64,000 bases of DNA from a virus. Under the pieces are notes generated by a model. That model worked only from the letters and a program-made list of their open reading frames with translations, was not told where the DNA came from and did no database searches. The stretch spans positions 4,074 to 68,073 of IMG/VR virus record IMGVR_UViG_3300021962_000088; one strand, given 5' to 3'. Position numbers and translations under genes: made by a program. Below, one piece after another: positions 37,581 to 47,497 of the stretch. Numbering within the stretch: position 1 is the stretch's first letter; every line of letters begins with the position of its first letter.

Positions 37581-38297
37581 TTAAACGGTTGGCGTGGATC
37601 TAACTTTTGCAAGCCTTAATTTTTCTAAGATTCGTATATAAAACCAACCTATATCAAATTCCCATTTGTTCTTGCTGAACTTTGCCGAAGTACCGTCGCC
37701 GTGATGATTGTTGTGAAGCTCTTCGCCACCTATCCATACAGCCCAGGGCCATAAGTTACGGCTAGTATCTTTAACATCGTAGTTACGATATCCCCACCAG
37801 TGAGCCGCACCGTTGATAACACCAGCGGCCCAGAATGGAATCCATATCATTTGGACTCCCCACACAATAAACCCGATAGGACCAAAAAGAACAAGATCTA
37901 TGATCAACATCAAAAGAATTCCCATCAAGGGGTGGGGAGTGTAAACATTTTCTTCAATCCAGTCTTCAGGCGTACCAATACCTAGATCACGAACTAAAAT
38001 TTTATTTTTCTTTGCTTTTACATATAATAAAGCGCCGCCAAACAACACACGCCATATACCGTGTTGTTTAGGTGAGTGAGGATCTTGTTCTGTATCAGCA
38101 GCCTGATGATGTTTACGGTGTACTGCTACCCATTCGCGAGTATTCATGCCTGTGGTCATCCATAACCAAAAACGCATAAAATGTGCGACCGTAGGATGAA
38201 ACTGTACTGCTCTATGTGCTTGACTTCTATGTAGATATAGAGTAACACACGCGATAGTGAGTTGTACCATCACTAGGGTATAAATTAGTTCTGTCAT
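37581..38297 (-). CDS. fatty-acid desaturase (membrane Delta9-type, His-box family)
   Basis: His boxes HRSQAH, HRKHH and HNNHH; transmembrane segments. Confidence 0.65.
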   Translation of the reverse strand: MTELIYTLVMVQLTIACVTLYLHRSQAHRAVQFHPTVAHFMRFWLWMTTGMNTREWVAVHRKHHQAADTEQDPHSPKQHGIWRVLFGGALLYVKAKKNKILVRDLGIGTPEDWIEENVYTPHPLMGILLMLIIDLVLFGPIGFIVWGVQMIWIPFWAAGVINGAAHWWGYRNYDVKDTSRNLWPWAVWIGGEELHNNHHGDGTSAKFSKNKWEFDIGWFYIRILEKLRLAKVRSTPTV

Positions 38298-38300
38298 CAG

Positions 38301-38891
38301 TTATTTAAGTGATTTACCGATCCTTTCTAATATCAACTCTACTACTGCGTTGCTTAAAACTACTTCATAATGATTTAGTCTCATTTCGATCAGTTCAAAA
38401 TCTTCTCTAAATCTCATACTTTCTACAGTTACAACACCGTCATTGTCTCGTTGGATCCAAGGACTAGTACCAGTTGTAGTAACAACATTAGCCCAATTAG
38501 GCGGAGCATCTAAATATCTAGAATCATATAACGGACCTCTTATAGAACCTATATCTCTCATTAGTTGGTTGAACGGTAAAAAGTATCTAGCAAAGTCTGC
38601 TTCTTTGCTGCCACCGTATGGTGTAGACAAACTTATACCTCCTACTGTTTTATCTTTATAATGATTAGCGAGATATAAACTATAAATGCCCCCTAGACTA
38701 TGACTTATAAAGAATAATCTTTGAGCGTCTTTAAGTTGTTCTTTCATTTTTGAGAGATTGTTTTCAAACCCGTCTTTACTAGAGTATTCTAATAACGCTT
38801 CGGGTTCTCTCTTATAATGCTGTTTAACAAACTGCCGAATGTGTGTAAAACTTTCGGCAGTTGCTGAAGCACCGTGTATATAAACTATCAT
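38301..38891 (-). CDS. alpha/beta-hydrolase lipase/esterase
   Basis: Nucleophile elbow SHSLGG; candidate Asp/His triad residues downstream. Confidence 0.5.
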   Translation of the reverse strand: MIVYIHGASATAESFTHIRQFVKQHYKREPEALLEYSSKDGFENNLSKMKEQLKDAQRLFFISHSLGGIYSLYLANHYKDKTVGGISLSTPYGGSKEADFARYFLPFNQLMRDIGSIRGPLYDSRYLDAPPNWANVVTTTGTSPWIQRDNDGVVTVESMRFREDFELIEMRLNHYEVVLSNAVVELILERIGKSLK

Positions 38892-38894
38892 GAT

Positions 38895-40265
38895 TCAATG
38901 AAACTGTTCTTCTTCTGTTGAACCTTTTAATGCCTGTGTTGAGGCTTCTTTTTCAACAGTGGTAGTTATAAGGTCAAAATAACCTGTACCAACTTCACGT
39001 TGATGCTTGACTGCTTCGAAGCCTATAGCGGCATTAGCAAATTCTTGTTCCTGCATCTTGACAAACGCTGTCATACCTTCGCGAGCATAACCGTGTGCTA
39101 GTTCAAACATACCGTTGTTCAAGTTATGGAAACCTGCTAGGGTGATGAACTGGAACTTATAGCCCATAGCACCTAGTTCACGCTGGAACCGGGCGATGGT
39201 AGCATCGTCTAGATTCTTCTTCCAATTGAAACTTGGCGAGCAGTTATAGGCTAGCATTTTATTTGGAAAGTGCTTGTGGACTCTTTCTGCGAATTGTCTA
39301 GCGAAATCAAGATCAGGTTTCCCTGTTTCACACCATACAAGGTCGGCGTAAGGAGCGTAAGCGACTGCTCTGCTGACGGCTTGATCGATTCCGTTTCGGG
39401 TTCTATAGAAACCTTCGACAGTTCTTTCGCCAGTAAGAAAAGGAATGTCGTTATCATCAATATCGCTAGTGATAAGGTTACCGGCTTCGGCATCAGTACG
39501 TGCGATAACAAGAGTAGGCACGCCCATAACATCAGCAGCGAGACGAGCGGCAACAAGTTTATTGACTGCTTCTCTGGTTGGTACAAGGACTTTTCCTCCC
39601 ATATGACCACATTTTTTGGCACTAGCCAATTGGTCTTCAAAATGGACACCTGCGGCACCTGCCTCAATCATGTCCTTCATTAATTCATATGCGTTTAATA
39701 CTCCGCCAAACCCTGCTTCGGCATCGGCAACGATTGGTGCGTAGAAATCTTTTTCAACACCTTCACTCCATGCGATCTGATCAGCACGGGCAAATGTATT
39801 GTTAATCTTGCGAACAACTGCTGGTACTGAATCTGCTGGATACAGACTTTGATCGGGATACATATCGCCGGCTAGGTTAGCATCTGCTGCGACCTGCCAT
39901 CCTGATAAGTAAATTGCTTTGAGTCCTGCTTTGACCTGCTGTAAGGCCTGCATGCCTGTAAGGGCACCTAGTGTGTGGACGTAATCTTCTTCTAGAAGCA
40001 TACGCCATAGTTTTTTTGATTGTTCAACAGCAAACTGATTTGGGAAAGTCTTCGAGCCTTGTAAGCGAACGACTTCCTCTGCTGTGTATGGTCTTCTTAT
40101 TCCATTCCAACGAGGATTTAGGGTCCAATCCTGTTGTAGAGCCTGCTGTCTCTGTGTGCGTTTATCCATTTTTGGATACCTCCTGTATAGATCAATATTT
40201 ATGGCGGATACACGACTGTTGACAGATTCATTAACTGAGTATATAATAATACTATGAAAATCCAA
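38895..40265 (-). CDS. aceA: isocitrate lyase
   Basis: ICL signature KKCGHMGGK; 456 aa. Confidence 0.75.
   Translation of the reverse strand: MDFHSIIIYSVNESVNSRVSAINIDLYRRYPKMDKRTQRQQALQQDWTLNPRWNGIRRPYTAEEVVRLQGSKTFPNQFAVEQSKKLWRMLLEEDYVHTLGALTGMQALQQVKAGLKAIYLSGWQVAADANLAGDMYPDQSLYPADSVPAVVRKINNTFARADQIAWSEGVEKDFYAPIVADAEAGFGGVLNAYELMKDMIEAGAAGVHFEDQLASAKKCGHMGGKVLVPTREAVNKLVAARLAADVMGVPTLVIARTDAEAGNLITSDIDDNDIPFLTGERTVEGFYRTRNGIDQAVSRAVAYAPYADLVWCETGKPDLDFARQFAERVHKHFPNKMLAYNCSPSFNWKKNLDDATIARFQRELGAMGYKFQFITLAGFHNLNNGMFELAHGYAREGMTAFVKMQEQEFANAAIGFEAVKHQREVGTGYFDLITTTVEKEASTQALKGSTEEEQFH
40219..40247 (+). promoter_or_regulatory. sigma70 consensus promoter (TTGACA-17-TATAAT) giving a near-leaderless transcript
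   Basis: -10 ends 6 nt before the ATG at 40254; no SD. Confidence 0.5.
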
Positions 40266-41048
40266 TTAGTATCAGACCTCCATCTAGAATTCGCAGACAT
40301 CAATATCCAAAATCAAATGGGTGCTGATGTATTGATTCTTTCCGGTGACATAATGGTTGCCAGCAAAGTTAATAAGCCTGAAAGCGAATACGGGATCCGT
40401 TTCCGTGATTTCTTGAAGCGTTGTTCTTTCCAATTTCCTCATGTTGTCTATGTAGCTGGCAATCACGAGTTCTATGATAGCGGCAAATTCTTTGCTGGGC
40501 TTGACGAACTTCGTGCGGCCTGTGCTGTTCATGATAATGTCTACTTCTTAGAGCGTGATACCAAAGTCATTGACGATGTAGTATTCGTTGGCGGCACACT
40601 GTGGACTGACATGAACAAGTTTGATCCGTTGACCTTACATGCGGTTCGTGATATGATGAACGACTATCGTGCTACTGTTAATGATCAAGCTGGTTATCGC
40701 AAATTAAAGCCTGCGGATACCTGCGAACGTCATAAACTCACAGTAGAGTATATCAAGCACATTGTCAGCGAGAACAAGGATAAACGTTGTGTGGTTGTCG
40801 GACATCATAGTCCTAGTTACCAGAGCATACATCCACAGTATGCCAGCGAGCATCTCATGAACGGTGCTTATCACAGTGACCTTAGCGAGATCATGTTAGA
40901 CAATCCTAACATCAAACTGTGGACACATGGACATACGCATCATCCGTTTGATTATGTCATAGGCGAATGTCGAGTAGTCTGTAATCCCAGAGGCTACGAT
41001 GGATATGAGTTTACTGGTTGGGATCCTAACAAGATTGTTGAAGTATGA
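40254..41048 (+). CDS. calcineurin-like metallophosphoesterase (CpdA/Icc-like phosphodiesterase)
   Basis: Motifs GDIM, GNHEFY, GHHSP and GHTHHPFD. Confidence 0.6.
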   Translation: MKIQLVSDLHLEFADINIQNQMGADVLILSGDIMVASKVNKPESEYGIRFRDFLKRCSFQFPHVVYVAGNHEFYDSGKFFAGLDELRAACAVHDNVYFLERDTKVIDDVVFVGGTLWTDMNKFDPLTLHAVRDMMNDYRATVNDQAGYRKLKPADTCERHKLTVEYIKHIVSENKDKRCVVVGHHSPSYQSIHPQYASEHLMNGAYHSDLSEIMLDNPNIKLWTHGHTHHPFDYVIGECRVVCNPRGYDGYEFTGWDPNKIVEV

Positions 41049-41440
41049 ACATAACTGTTTATAGTCGAAACCGATTGTACGAAACATTTACTAAGTGGGA
41101 TGTTCCTCGAGACTTTGCTGACCCTATGGCCAACTATTTGGTCTATGGCTACAGCCCTGGCGGTTTCTTTACCTCAGTATTAGCTAATGACTTTCACGGT
41201 GCTATCGCTCGCAGTCATCCTAGTAATACTGTAGAAGCATTGAAAAGTCTAGTAGGTTGGATCGGTGATTGTATGCCTCCAGAAACATTTGGCAGTTATC
41301 AAGCAGTCAGTGATTGGTGCTATATGAAACCGGAAAACCGTAGATCCATTCTTGAACGATATGGATCGATTTATACAGAACAAGAAGAAGTCATTATGGC
41401 TCTTCGAGAAGAATCTACAATTGAACCGATACTGTATTAA
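41045..41440 (+). CDS. hypothetical protein
   Basis: ORF track. Confidence 0.4.
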   Translation: MNITVYSRNRLYETFTKWDVPRDFADPMANYLVYGYSPGGFFTSVLANDFHGAIARSHPSNTVEALKSLVGWIGDCMPPETFGSYQAVSDWCYMKPENRRSILERYGSIYTEQEEVIMALREESTIEPILY

Positions 41441-41441
41441 A

Positions 41442-41906
41442 ATGAAAAAGATCTATTACGAAAAAATTGGACGAAGATATGTACCTGTGTCAGAGTACGA
41501 TTCAGAATATTTGGATAGTTTTCCAAAAGGAGATCATCTTGTATCTGTATATCCAGGTGGCGGTAGCCGTCGCTATAGGATCGATCCGGCCCTAGCACCG
41601 ATGATTGCCGCAGGACGATATGCCGAAGATGCTATCTGTCGTAAGATACAAGAAGCCACAGAACTACGTCCTATGAATCGTGAGATTGATGAAGAAACTC
41701 AACGCAAATGGAAAAAGTTTATTGCTACTATTCCAGAAGATTTTCGTTTTATGTTCACACACGGTTCGGCTAGAGATGCTGCCGAAGCCGGCGTCCAGGC
41801 TATGATGTTCGAAGCTGACAAGCTCATGAAGCATGAAAGTGTTCGTAAGGCTTTTGATAATTTTATTTTAATGTGTAAATTAACCAAGGAGCAGACAAAT
41901 GATTAA
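41442..41906 (+). CDS. hypothetical protein
   Basis: Start moved to the internal Met (MKKIYYEK) directly after the upstream stop. Confidence 0.4.
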   Translation: MKKIYYEKIGRRYVPVSEYDSEYLDSFPKGDHLVSVYPGGGSRRYRIDPALAPMIAAGRYAEDAICRKIQEATELRPMNREIDEETQRKWKKFIATIPEDFRFMFTHGSARDAAEAGVQAMMFEADKLMKHESVRKAFDNFILMCKLTKEQTND

Positions 41907-42168
41907 AGACATTTTCGGATTTATAAGTTGGCAATGGAGAAAGTTTGAATTCTGGCAAAAAGCCTTTATCTTTAGCAGTTTCTTTTTTGGTGCTGCTTTG
42001 GTAGCAGAGCCGCCATATGTGTTTTATCTCAGTCTGGTGCCTATGGCGGTAGTATTTGGTTTTATGACTAAGTGGTTAATCTGGGACGGCACAAGGAGTG
42101 CTTGGGAAAAATATAAGAAAGAAAAATCGGGATTGTTTAACACAATTAAAGAAGGTGAAAAAAGATGA
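41899..42168 (+). CDS. small membrane protein
   Basis: Two hydrophobic helices. Confidence 0.4.
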   Translation: MIKDIFGFISWQWRKFEFWQKAFIFSSFFFGAALVAEPPYVFYLSLVPMAVVFGFMTKWLIWDGTRSAWEKYKKEKSGLFNTIKEGEKR

Positions 42169-42833
42169 ATACAAATCTTGAAGATTTATTTTCTTCGTTT
42201 GAATGTTCACCGAGATCGACTAATCATGACAAGGATATTAATGTCATTGAATTCCCTACAGTACACAAGGCTGATAGTGAACCATTAAATCTCATCTGGC
42301 CCGATATTAAGAACGGTCCTTGGATTGCCGGAGGGGCTTGCCTTCGTTGGTATCAGGGACAGCCTGTAGGAGAAAATGATATCGATATTTTCTGTGCCAA
42401 CGCCAAGCAGGCAGCGGAAGTCATTGATAGGATCAAGAGCTACGGTCGTTTTTCTGTAAAATTTGAAAGCGAAAACGCTGTGACTTTAAACTATTGGACC
42501 AAAAAAGATTATAGCACTAATTGGACAATACAAGTAATTACACGTAGGTATTTTAGCAGTCTACAAGAAGTGATCGACAATTTTGATATCACAGTCTGTG
42601 AAATTGGTACTGCTGGTAACGAATGGATTCTAGGTCCTTCGACTGCTCGCGATATCCGCGAACGAAACCTGCGATTCAAGATGCCCTTACAACCGGATGC
42701 TCTTAAAAGATTAACCAAATATTGGGCATACGGGTATCGCCCAGTCGACGGCACACTAGAAGCTATCCAAAACAATCCTAACGCCAAATGGCAGTTTGGA
42801 TCAGAAACAGAGGACTATCAAAATGCGTTCTGA
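42165..42833 (+). CDS. Pol-beta-superfamily nucleotidyltransferase (minimal NTase)
   Basis: GGACLRWYQGQPVGENDIDIF fits the hG[GS]x9-13DhDh signature; a third acidic residue lies in DNFDITVCE. Confidence 0.4.
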   Translation: MNTNLEDLFSSFECSPRSTNHDKDINVIEFPTVHKADSEPLNLIWPDIKNGPWIAGGACLRWYQGQPVGENDIDIFCANAKQAAEVIDRIKSYGRFSVKFESENAVTLNYWTKKDYSTNWTIQVITRRYFSSLQEVIDNFDITVCEIGTAGNEWILGPSTARDIRERNLRFKMPLQPDALKRLTKYWAYGYRPVDGTLEAIQNNPNAKWQFGSETEDYQNAF

Positions 42834-43197
42834 ACATTCGTGGAGTCTATTAGATCCAAAGCCTGTGTTGTTGTATTTGCCTAAGTCGGACGAATACATC
42901 TGTTATTGGAATGGCGTTGTTATGACACATACTATGGCTCTTTGTATGGCCATGGAACATTTCGGTGTCTGGTCAACTCCCGAAATGAAAACATCGATGG
43001 AAAAAGAATATGAACGCATCTATTACGCTAATGGATTCGCTACTCGTGCTTGGGATAGTAAAGTATCATCGAGCCCAGTCTATCCTTATCTGAAGCGTAT
43101 CATGGCTGATCACCTTAGTAATGTAATACCTAAGCGTGAAGCTAAAGAAGTTATTGGTTGGTTTGATTATAAACGAGCAAGGAGTCTAGAAGTATGA
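42796..43197 (+). CDS. hypothetical protein
   Basis: ORF track. Confidence 0.4.
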   Translation: MDQKQRTIKMRSEHSWSLLDPKPVLLYLPKSDEYICYWNGVVMTHTMALCMAMEHFGVWSTPEMKTSMEKEYERIYYANGFATRAWDSKVSSSPVYPYLKRIMADHLSNVIPKREAKEVIGWFDYKRARSLEV

Positions 43198-43370
43198 TTA
43201 AAATCCTGTTAACATTCATTTTTCTCACAGCCGTGGCAGCATTTGTCATTAAAACGATTAGAGAGATGACAGGTAAGCAAAAATGGGCGTTGACTAAAAC
43301 TATAGGTTATGCTATACTATGTTCATCGTTCGCGTTAGCTGCGATGATTTCAATCGTTATTATTTTTTAA
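43194..43370 (+). CDS. small membrane protein (58 aa, below the ORF-track cutoff)
   Basis: RBS aggagtctagaagtATG; ATGA overlap; two hydrophobic helices. Confidence 0.4.
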   Translation: MIKILLTFIFLTAVAAFVIKTIREMTGKQKWALTKTIGYAILCSSFALAAMISIVIIF

Positions 43371-43379
43371 GGACACACA

Positions 43380-44174
43380 ATGAAACGTATTTTCACTCTC
43401 TCTATTCTCGCCGCCGCTGTTCTGGCTACCGGCTGTACTCGTATTGAAACTGGCGAGGTTGGTGTTCGAGTTGGTTTTGACAAACAGGTTAAACCCGGTG
43501 AACTGCTACCTGGCTCGTTCAATCAGACTATCGTCGGTGATGTTTTGACTTTTCCAGTCAAAGACGTTAACGTGGTCCTTGAGAACATGACCCCTGTGGC
43601 CAAAGACAACAGCACCATGAAAGACTTTGATGCTGTGGTTGTCTACAACATCAATCCGCAGAGCGTAGCTGAACTTTACAGCACCAAGAACAAGGCATTC
43701 CACGCCGAGTTCAAAGGCGACACTTATGTGATGTATAATTATGTTGTACAGAATGCTCGTAACGCTATCTACAAAGCTGCTCGTAAATACGAAGCCCTAG
43801 ACATGGCAGACAATCGTGAGCCAATGGAGAAGTACATCCAGGAAGAAATCACTCGCAATCTTGCTGAAGAAAAGCTCGATGGTACTATCATAATCAGTCA
43901 AGTGTTGATCCGTAATGTCGTACCAGCGGATTCAGTTGTAGATTCAGCCAACGCTCTTGTTCGTGCTAAGAACGAATACAAGCAGAAGGAAGTTGAAGTA
44001 CAGACTGCTAAGAAAGAAGCAGAACGTATGAACGCTCTGGCGAACCAGTCTGCCGCTAGCATCGCTTACATGCAGGCACAGGCTGCTCTTAACATCTCTG
44101 AGGGTATTAAGAACGGTCAGGTACAGACCATCGTAGTTCCTGCGAACTTCAATGCTCTGATGTTGAACAAGTAA
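43380..44174 (+). CDS. SPFH/band-7 (prohibitin-like) lipoprotein
   Basis: Lipobox LATGC; SPFH-like core; coiled-coil C-terminus. Confidence 0.6.
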   Translation: MKRIFTLSILAAAVLATGCTRIETGEVGVRVGFDKQVKPGELLPGSFNQTIVGDVLTFPVKDVNVVLENMTPVAKDNSTMKDFDAVVVYNINPQSVAELYSTKNKAFHAEFKGDTYVMYNYVVQNARNAIYKAARKYEALDMADNREPMEKYIQEEITRNLAEEKLDGTIIISQVLIRNVVPADSVVDSANALVRAKNEYKQKEVEVQTAKKEAERMNALANQSAASIAYMQAQAALNISEGIKNGQVQTIVVPANFNALMLNK

Positions 44175-44180
44175 GAGTCT

Positions 44181-44256
44181 GCGTCTGTAGCTAAGTGGAA
44201 CAGCAGGAGCCTCTAAAACTCCAGATGCGTGGGTTCGATTCCCACCAGACGCACCA
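44181..44256 (+). tRNA. tRNA with CUA anticodon (amber-suppressor-like; Trp-type anticodon loop CUCUAAA)
   Basis: 76 nt; perfect 7-bp acceptor gcgtctg/cagacgc; T-arm gtggg-ttcgatt-cccac; anticodon stem ggagc/actcc (one C·A) with loop ctCTAaa; encoded CCA. Confidence 0.45.
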
Positions 44257-44275
44257 ATAAAGAAAGTAACAAAAA

Positions 44276-44518
44276 ATGAATATGGATCAAGCGGCAGTAT
44301 TCTTAGCCGGTTCAGTTTTGACAGTTTTAGGATTTTTAGTAATCTTAGCTGGCATTCTTATCACTAATAATTTGATTGCCAAATATTGGAAGTCGTGGGG
44401 CTGGTCTTGGATGCCGCATTGGGCACAAGAACCCCACCGATTTGCCACTCCCGAAGAAGCAGAAAAGATTGCTCCAGTCTTTCATGATTCAAAAGTTCAA
44501 GACCAAAGCAGAAGCTGA
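44276..44518 (+). CDS. small membrane protein
   Basis: ORF track; hydrophobic N-terminus. Confidence 0.35.
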   Translation: MNMDQAAVFLAGSVLTVLGFLVILAGILITNNLIAKYWKSWGWSWMPHWAQEPHRFATPEEAEKIAPVFHDSKVQDQSRS

Positions 44519-44732
44519 AGCGTTTATTCGATTAATAATGGGTCCTCCTAAGCGTAGGCTTGAAGGCGAGGATCATGATCGAGTCTGGCTTTTGCTACAA
44601 ATGACAGAACCAGTTAGAGAGGTTAACAATCAACACAGCTGGTGTGCTGAATATAATATAGGCGGAATAATGTATGATGTACATTATTTCCCAAACGAAG
44701 AACCTTTTATCGAAGTTTATCTAAATGATTGA
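44484..44732 (+). CDS. small protein with WCxE...FPNEE motif (distant member of the 49-52 kb family?)
   Basis: Start moved to the internal Met; C-terminal SWCAEY...YFPNEEPFIEVYL. Confidence 0.35.
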   Translation: MIQKFKTKAEAEAFIRLIMGPPKRRLEGEDHDRVWLLLQMTEPVREVNNQHSWCAEYNIGGIMYDVHYFPNEEPFIEVYLND

Positions 44733-45033
44733 TTATCACGAAGCATTGAAAGAAATGCACAAAGGCAATGTAGTAAAATACATTGGTACAGTAAACGGAA
44801 ATATATTTACTGACCGTGGTGCATCATACTGTATGTGTCGTGGTGTAATATTTTGTTTCCGTGATGGGGCACCGGTACACAAATCTGATGGTTGTATAGT
44901 ATATGATCCAGACTTTCGTTATGAATTGACGGGTGAGACATTTGACACTAGATGGTGGTATAAAGGTTATAAAACGGACAAAGAAACTAAATCAAAACTT
45001 GGATACAGTCGTATTGGAAGGAACAATGTATGA
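44725..45033 (+). CDS. hypothetical protein
   Basis: ORF track. Confidence 0.4.
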   Translation: MIDYHEALKEMHKGNVVKYIGTVNGNIFTDRGASYCMCRGVIFCFRDGAPVHKSDGCIVYDPDFRYELTGETFDTRWWYKGYKTDKETKSKLGYSRIGRNNV

Positions 45034-45308
45034 ACGAACGAATTCGAGATTTTGGAAAACAAGCATATAATGCCGCTACTGAGATTTGGCCTATCAATAG
45101 CCAAATGTGGTATGAAGTGTATAACACAACATTCGCCGAGTTGATTGTGCGTGAATGTATCGAGGTCGTAGAAGACTGCTCCATTGAATATGCTACACGG
45201 CCGCAGATTATGAAAGAAATTAAAGAACATTTCGGAGTTGATGGTATGAGCACAGAAGATAAAAAGACTCTAATTAAAGAATTGTTAGGAGTAAAGAATA
45301 ATGATTGA
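45030..45308 (+). CDS. small protein, MNERIR family
   Basis: Paralog of 53098..53331 (MNERIRxF...FAELIVxEC...FGV). Confidence 0.45.
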   Translation: MNERIRDFGKQAYNAATEIWPINSQMWYEVYNTTFAELIVRECIEVVEDCSIEYATRPQIMKEIKEHFGVDGMSTEDKKTLIKELLGVKNND

Positions 45309-45477
45309 ACATTTTAAATCACAGATTGAAGAAGGTGCTCAAGAGATGTTTTTCTATGCTATCGAGCAGGAAGGCAACTTGAGAATTGAACGGCATCGTG
45401 GCACACTAGAAACATTTCCTGATCTAGAATATGTGCGTCATTTAACTGATGGTGTGCCTCTATTCAAGAATAAATAG
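45301..45477 (+). CDS. small hypothetical protein (58 aa)
   Basis: ATG overlaps the upstream stop; open to TAG. Confidence 0.3.
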   Translation: MIEHFKSQIEEGAQEMFFYAIEQEGNLRIERHRGTLETFPDLEYVRHLTDGVPLFKNK

Positions 45478-45551
45478 ATTTGTAGCGGGTGCTACAACCA
45501 ACAGAGTTTAATTAACAGGTACTTACTCTGTGTACCGTAAAAGGAAGAAAA

Positions 45552-46286
45552 ATGATGTATGAATCAAAACTGGCTGCGGCCATTAAAGTCTCTGGCAAGG
45601 TGCTTAGAGAATTCAAAGATACGGTTCACATACCGTTCGGCAGTGAATATACTGTCCTACTAAAAAATCTCAATACAACTAGAGCAGTAGTCAACGTCTT
45701 TATCGACGGAGAGAATGCCGTCCCTGGCGGACTGGTCGTAGACCCGGGTCGAGAAATCGATCTTGAGCGTTGGATTAAAAACGGCAATCTCTCTGAAGGT
45801 AATCGTTTCAAGTTTATTGAACGAACAGGTAGTGTAGAACAGCACCGAGGAATCGGTATTGAGGACGGACTAGTAAGGATTGAGTTCCAATTTGAACAAC
45901 CGCCACGTCCTATCACTTGGAACACTTCTAATATCAATTCTGTCTATCCACAAGGCGGAATTCTTCGTGGATTTGATAATGCCCATTACGGTGTAACCTG
46001 TTCATCCGCGACCTATGATGCTACTTCAGTGAACAGCAGTCACTCGCTGCTGAACGATGTAGGTATCACTGTGCCCGGCAGTCACAGCACACAGAAGTTT
46101 AGCACTGCTTATGTTGGTGCTCTAGAAAGTACAAAACACTCAATGGTGTTTAAACTGTTAGGCGGAACTATGCCCAAGCCTATTACAGTCAAGCACAAGC
46201 CAAAGTGTGTGACCTGTGGCAAACAGAATAAGGCAACTGCTAAGTTCTGTATCGAGTGTGGCACTGCTCTTGAAGTATTCGCGTAA
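45552..46286 (+). CDS. hypothetical protein with C-terminal zinc ribbon
   Basis: CVTCGKQNKATAKFCIECG at the C-terminus. Confidence 0.45.
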   Translation: MMYESKLAAAIKVSGKVLREFKDTVHIPFGSEYTVLLKNLNTTRAVVNVFIDGENAVPGGLVVDPGREIDLERWIKNGNLSEGNRFKFIERTGSVEQHRGIGIEDGLVRIEFQFEQPPRPITWNTSNINSVYPQGGILRGFDNAHYGVTCSSATYDATSVNSSHSLLNDVGITVPGSHSTQKFSTAYVGALESTKHSMVFKLLGGTMPKPITVKHKPKCVTCGKQNKATAKFCIECGTALEVFA

Positions 46287-46329
46287 GTAGTAAACTAATC
46301 AGTTAAATAAAGTTTTAAAGGAAGCCACT

Positions 46330-46629
46330 ATGAAACACCTAGTAGTAGTGGCGTTTCTATTCAGCCTTACTAGCTCTATAGCCAACGCCCAATTTAGATA
46401 CGATTATCCTATCGTCTGTGATAAAACCCAAAAACTAGTCGAAAGCCTCTCACTCAATTTCAAAGAAAAAGTATCCTGGGCCGGAAAACACGTCGATGAC
46501 GGATCTATGTATTCTCTCTGGGTAAATGAGAGTACAGGCAGCTGGACCCTACTCAAAATGAATCCTGAAGTTGCCTGTATTTTAGGTGTCGGTGAAGAAT
46601 CTAAATTTACGATTGGCGAGTCAACTTAA
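46330..46629 (+). CDS. secreted small protein
   Basis: Signal peptide MKHLVVVAFLFSLTSSIANA. Confidence 0.45.
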   Translation: MKHLVVVAFLFSLTSSIANAQFRYDYPIVCDKTQKLVESLSLNFKEKVSWAGKHVDDGSMYSLWVNESTGSWTLLKMNPEVACILGVGEESKFTIGEST

Positions 46630-47308
46630 ACAGATATTTCTTATGTAGGTGTAGTCTTGCCTTATTGTATTGAACAGCAGTAATAACTAGTGCTACTGAC
46701 CAAGGTACAATAGCAGCGGCCCACGGAACAAGTCCTGCCCACCAACTGGCCATTAACGGTTCTTTCATTAACATCAGCATGGCAACGGCAAACAATACAA
46801 ACGATCCCGCAAATACCGTGTCAGGCCAACGTTGTAGAATCTTGCTGACTAAAGTAGCACCAAACAAGATGATTGGTACTGAGATTAATAAACCAGCAAC
46901 AACTAGAACAAAACTTCCGTTGGCGGCTGCGGCGATACCCAATGCGTTATCTATGCCCATAACAGCATCAGCAACTACGATAGTACCAATGGCTCCCCAA
47001 AAGGTATCTTTGGCTTCGATGTTGTGTTCATCGTGATTGAATACTAGTTTCCAACCAATCCATACCAGTGCGGCAGCACCAATAGCACGTAGGCCCGGTA
47101 TCATCAGCAAGTATGTCAGTGCCGCTACTGATACGAATCGTATAGCGATAGCACCGAATGTACCCCAGAAGATTGCTCGTTTGCGTAAATGGTCTGGAAG
47201 TTTATTAGCTGCCATTCCAATAACAAGAGCGTTATCACCAGCTAATACAATGTCTATCATAATGATAGCTAAAAATGCCCATAGGGCTTGAATGGAAAGT
47301 AGTTCCAT
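46607..47308 (-). CDS. TerC-family integral membrane protein
   Basis: Duplicated LAGDNALVIGMAA and GIDNALGIAAAA motifs; multiple transmembrane segments. Confidence 0.65.
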   Translation of the reverse strand: MELLSIQALWAFLAIIMIDIVLAGDNALVIGMAANKLPDHLRKRAIFWGTFGAIAIRFVSVAALTYLLMIPGLRAIGAAALVWIGWKLVFNHDEHNIEAKDTFWGAIGTIVVADAVMGIDNALGIAAAANGSFVLVVAGLLISVPIILFGATLVSKILQRWPDTVFAGSFVLFAVAMLMLMKEPLMASWWAGLVPWAAAIVPWSVALVITAVQYNKARLHLHKKYLFKLTRQS

Positions 47309-47497
47309 TTTAATCTCCTTTAAAAGTTAAAATGGTCTCGTCGCTTTGTCCAAATACCGGGTTAAACAACACCGTATTGACGATATATGGAACCTTTTCA
47401 GGTTGACTACTCCCCGCAAAGTATTTATATTAAATACTGTAGACATTTTATAAAGGAGAAAACAATGTCGTAGATTGAATATGCTTGTAAGGATGTA

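Noticed and set aside
44181-44256. Genome-wide TAG-to-sense recoding as the explanation for the CUA tRNA
   Set aside because: Genes in this window terminate cleanly at TAG as well as TAA and TGA, with stops following within a few codons on read-through; no ORF requires TAG to be sense.
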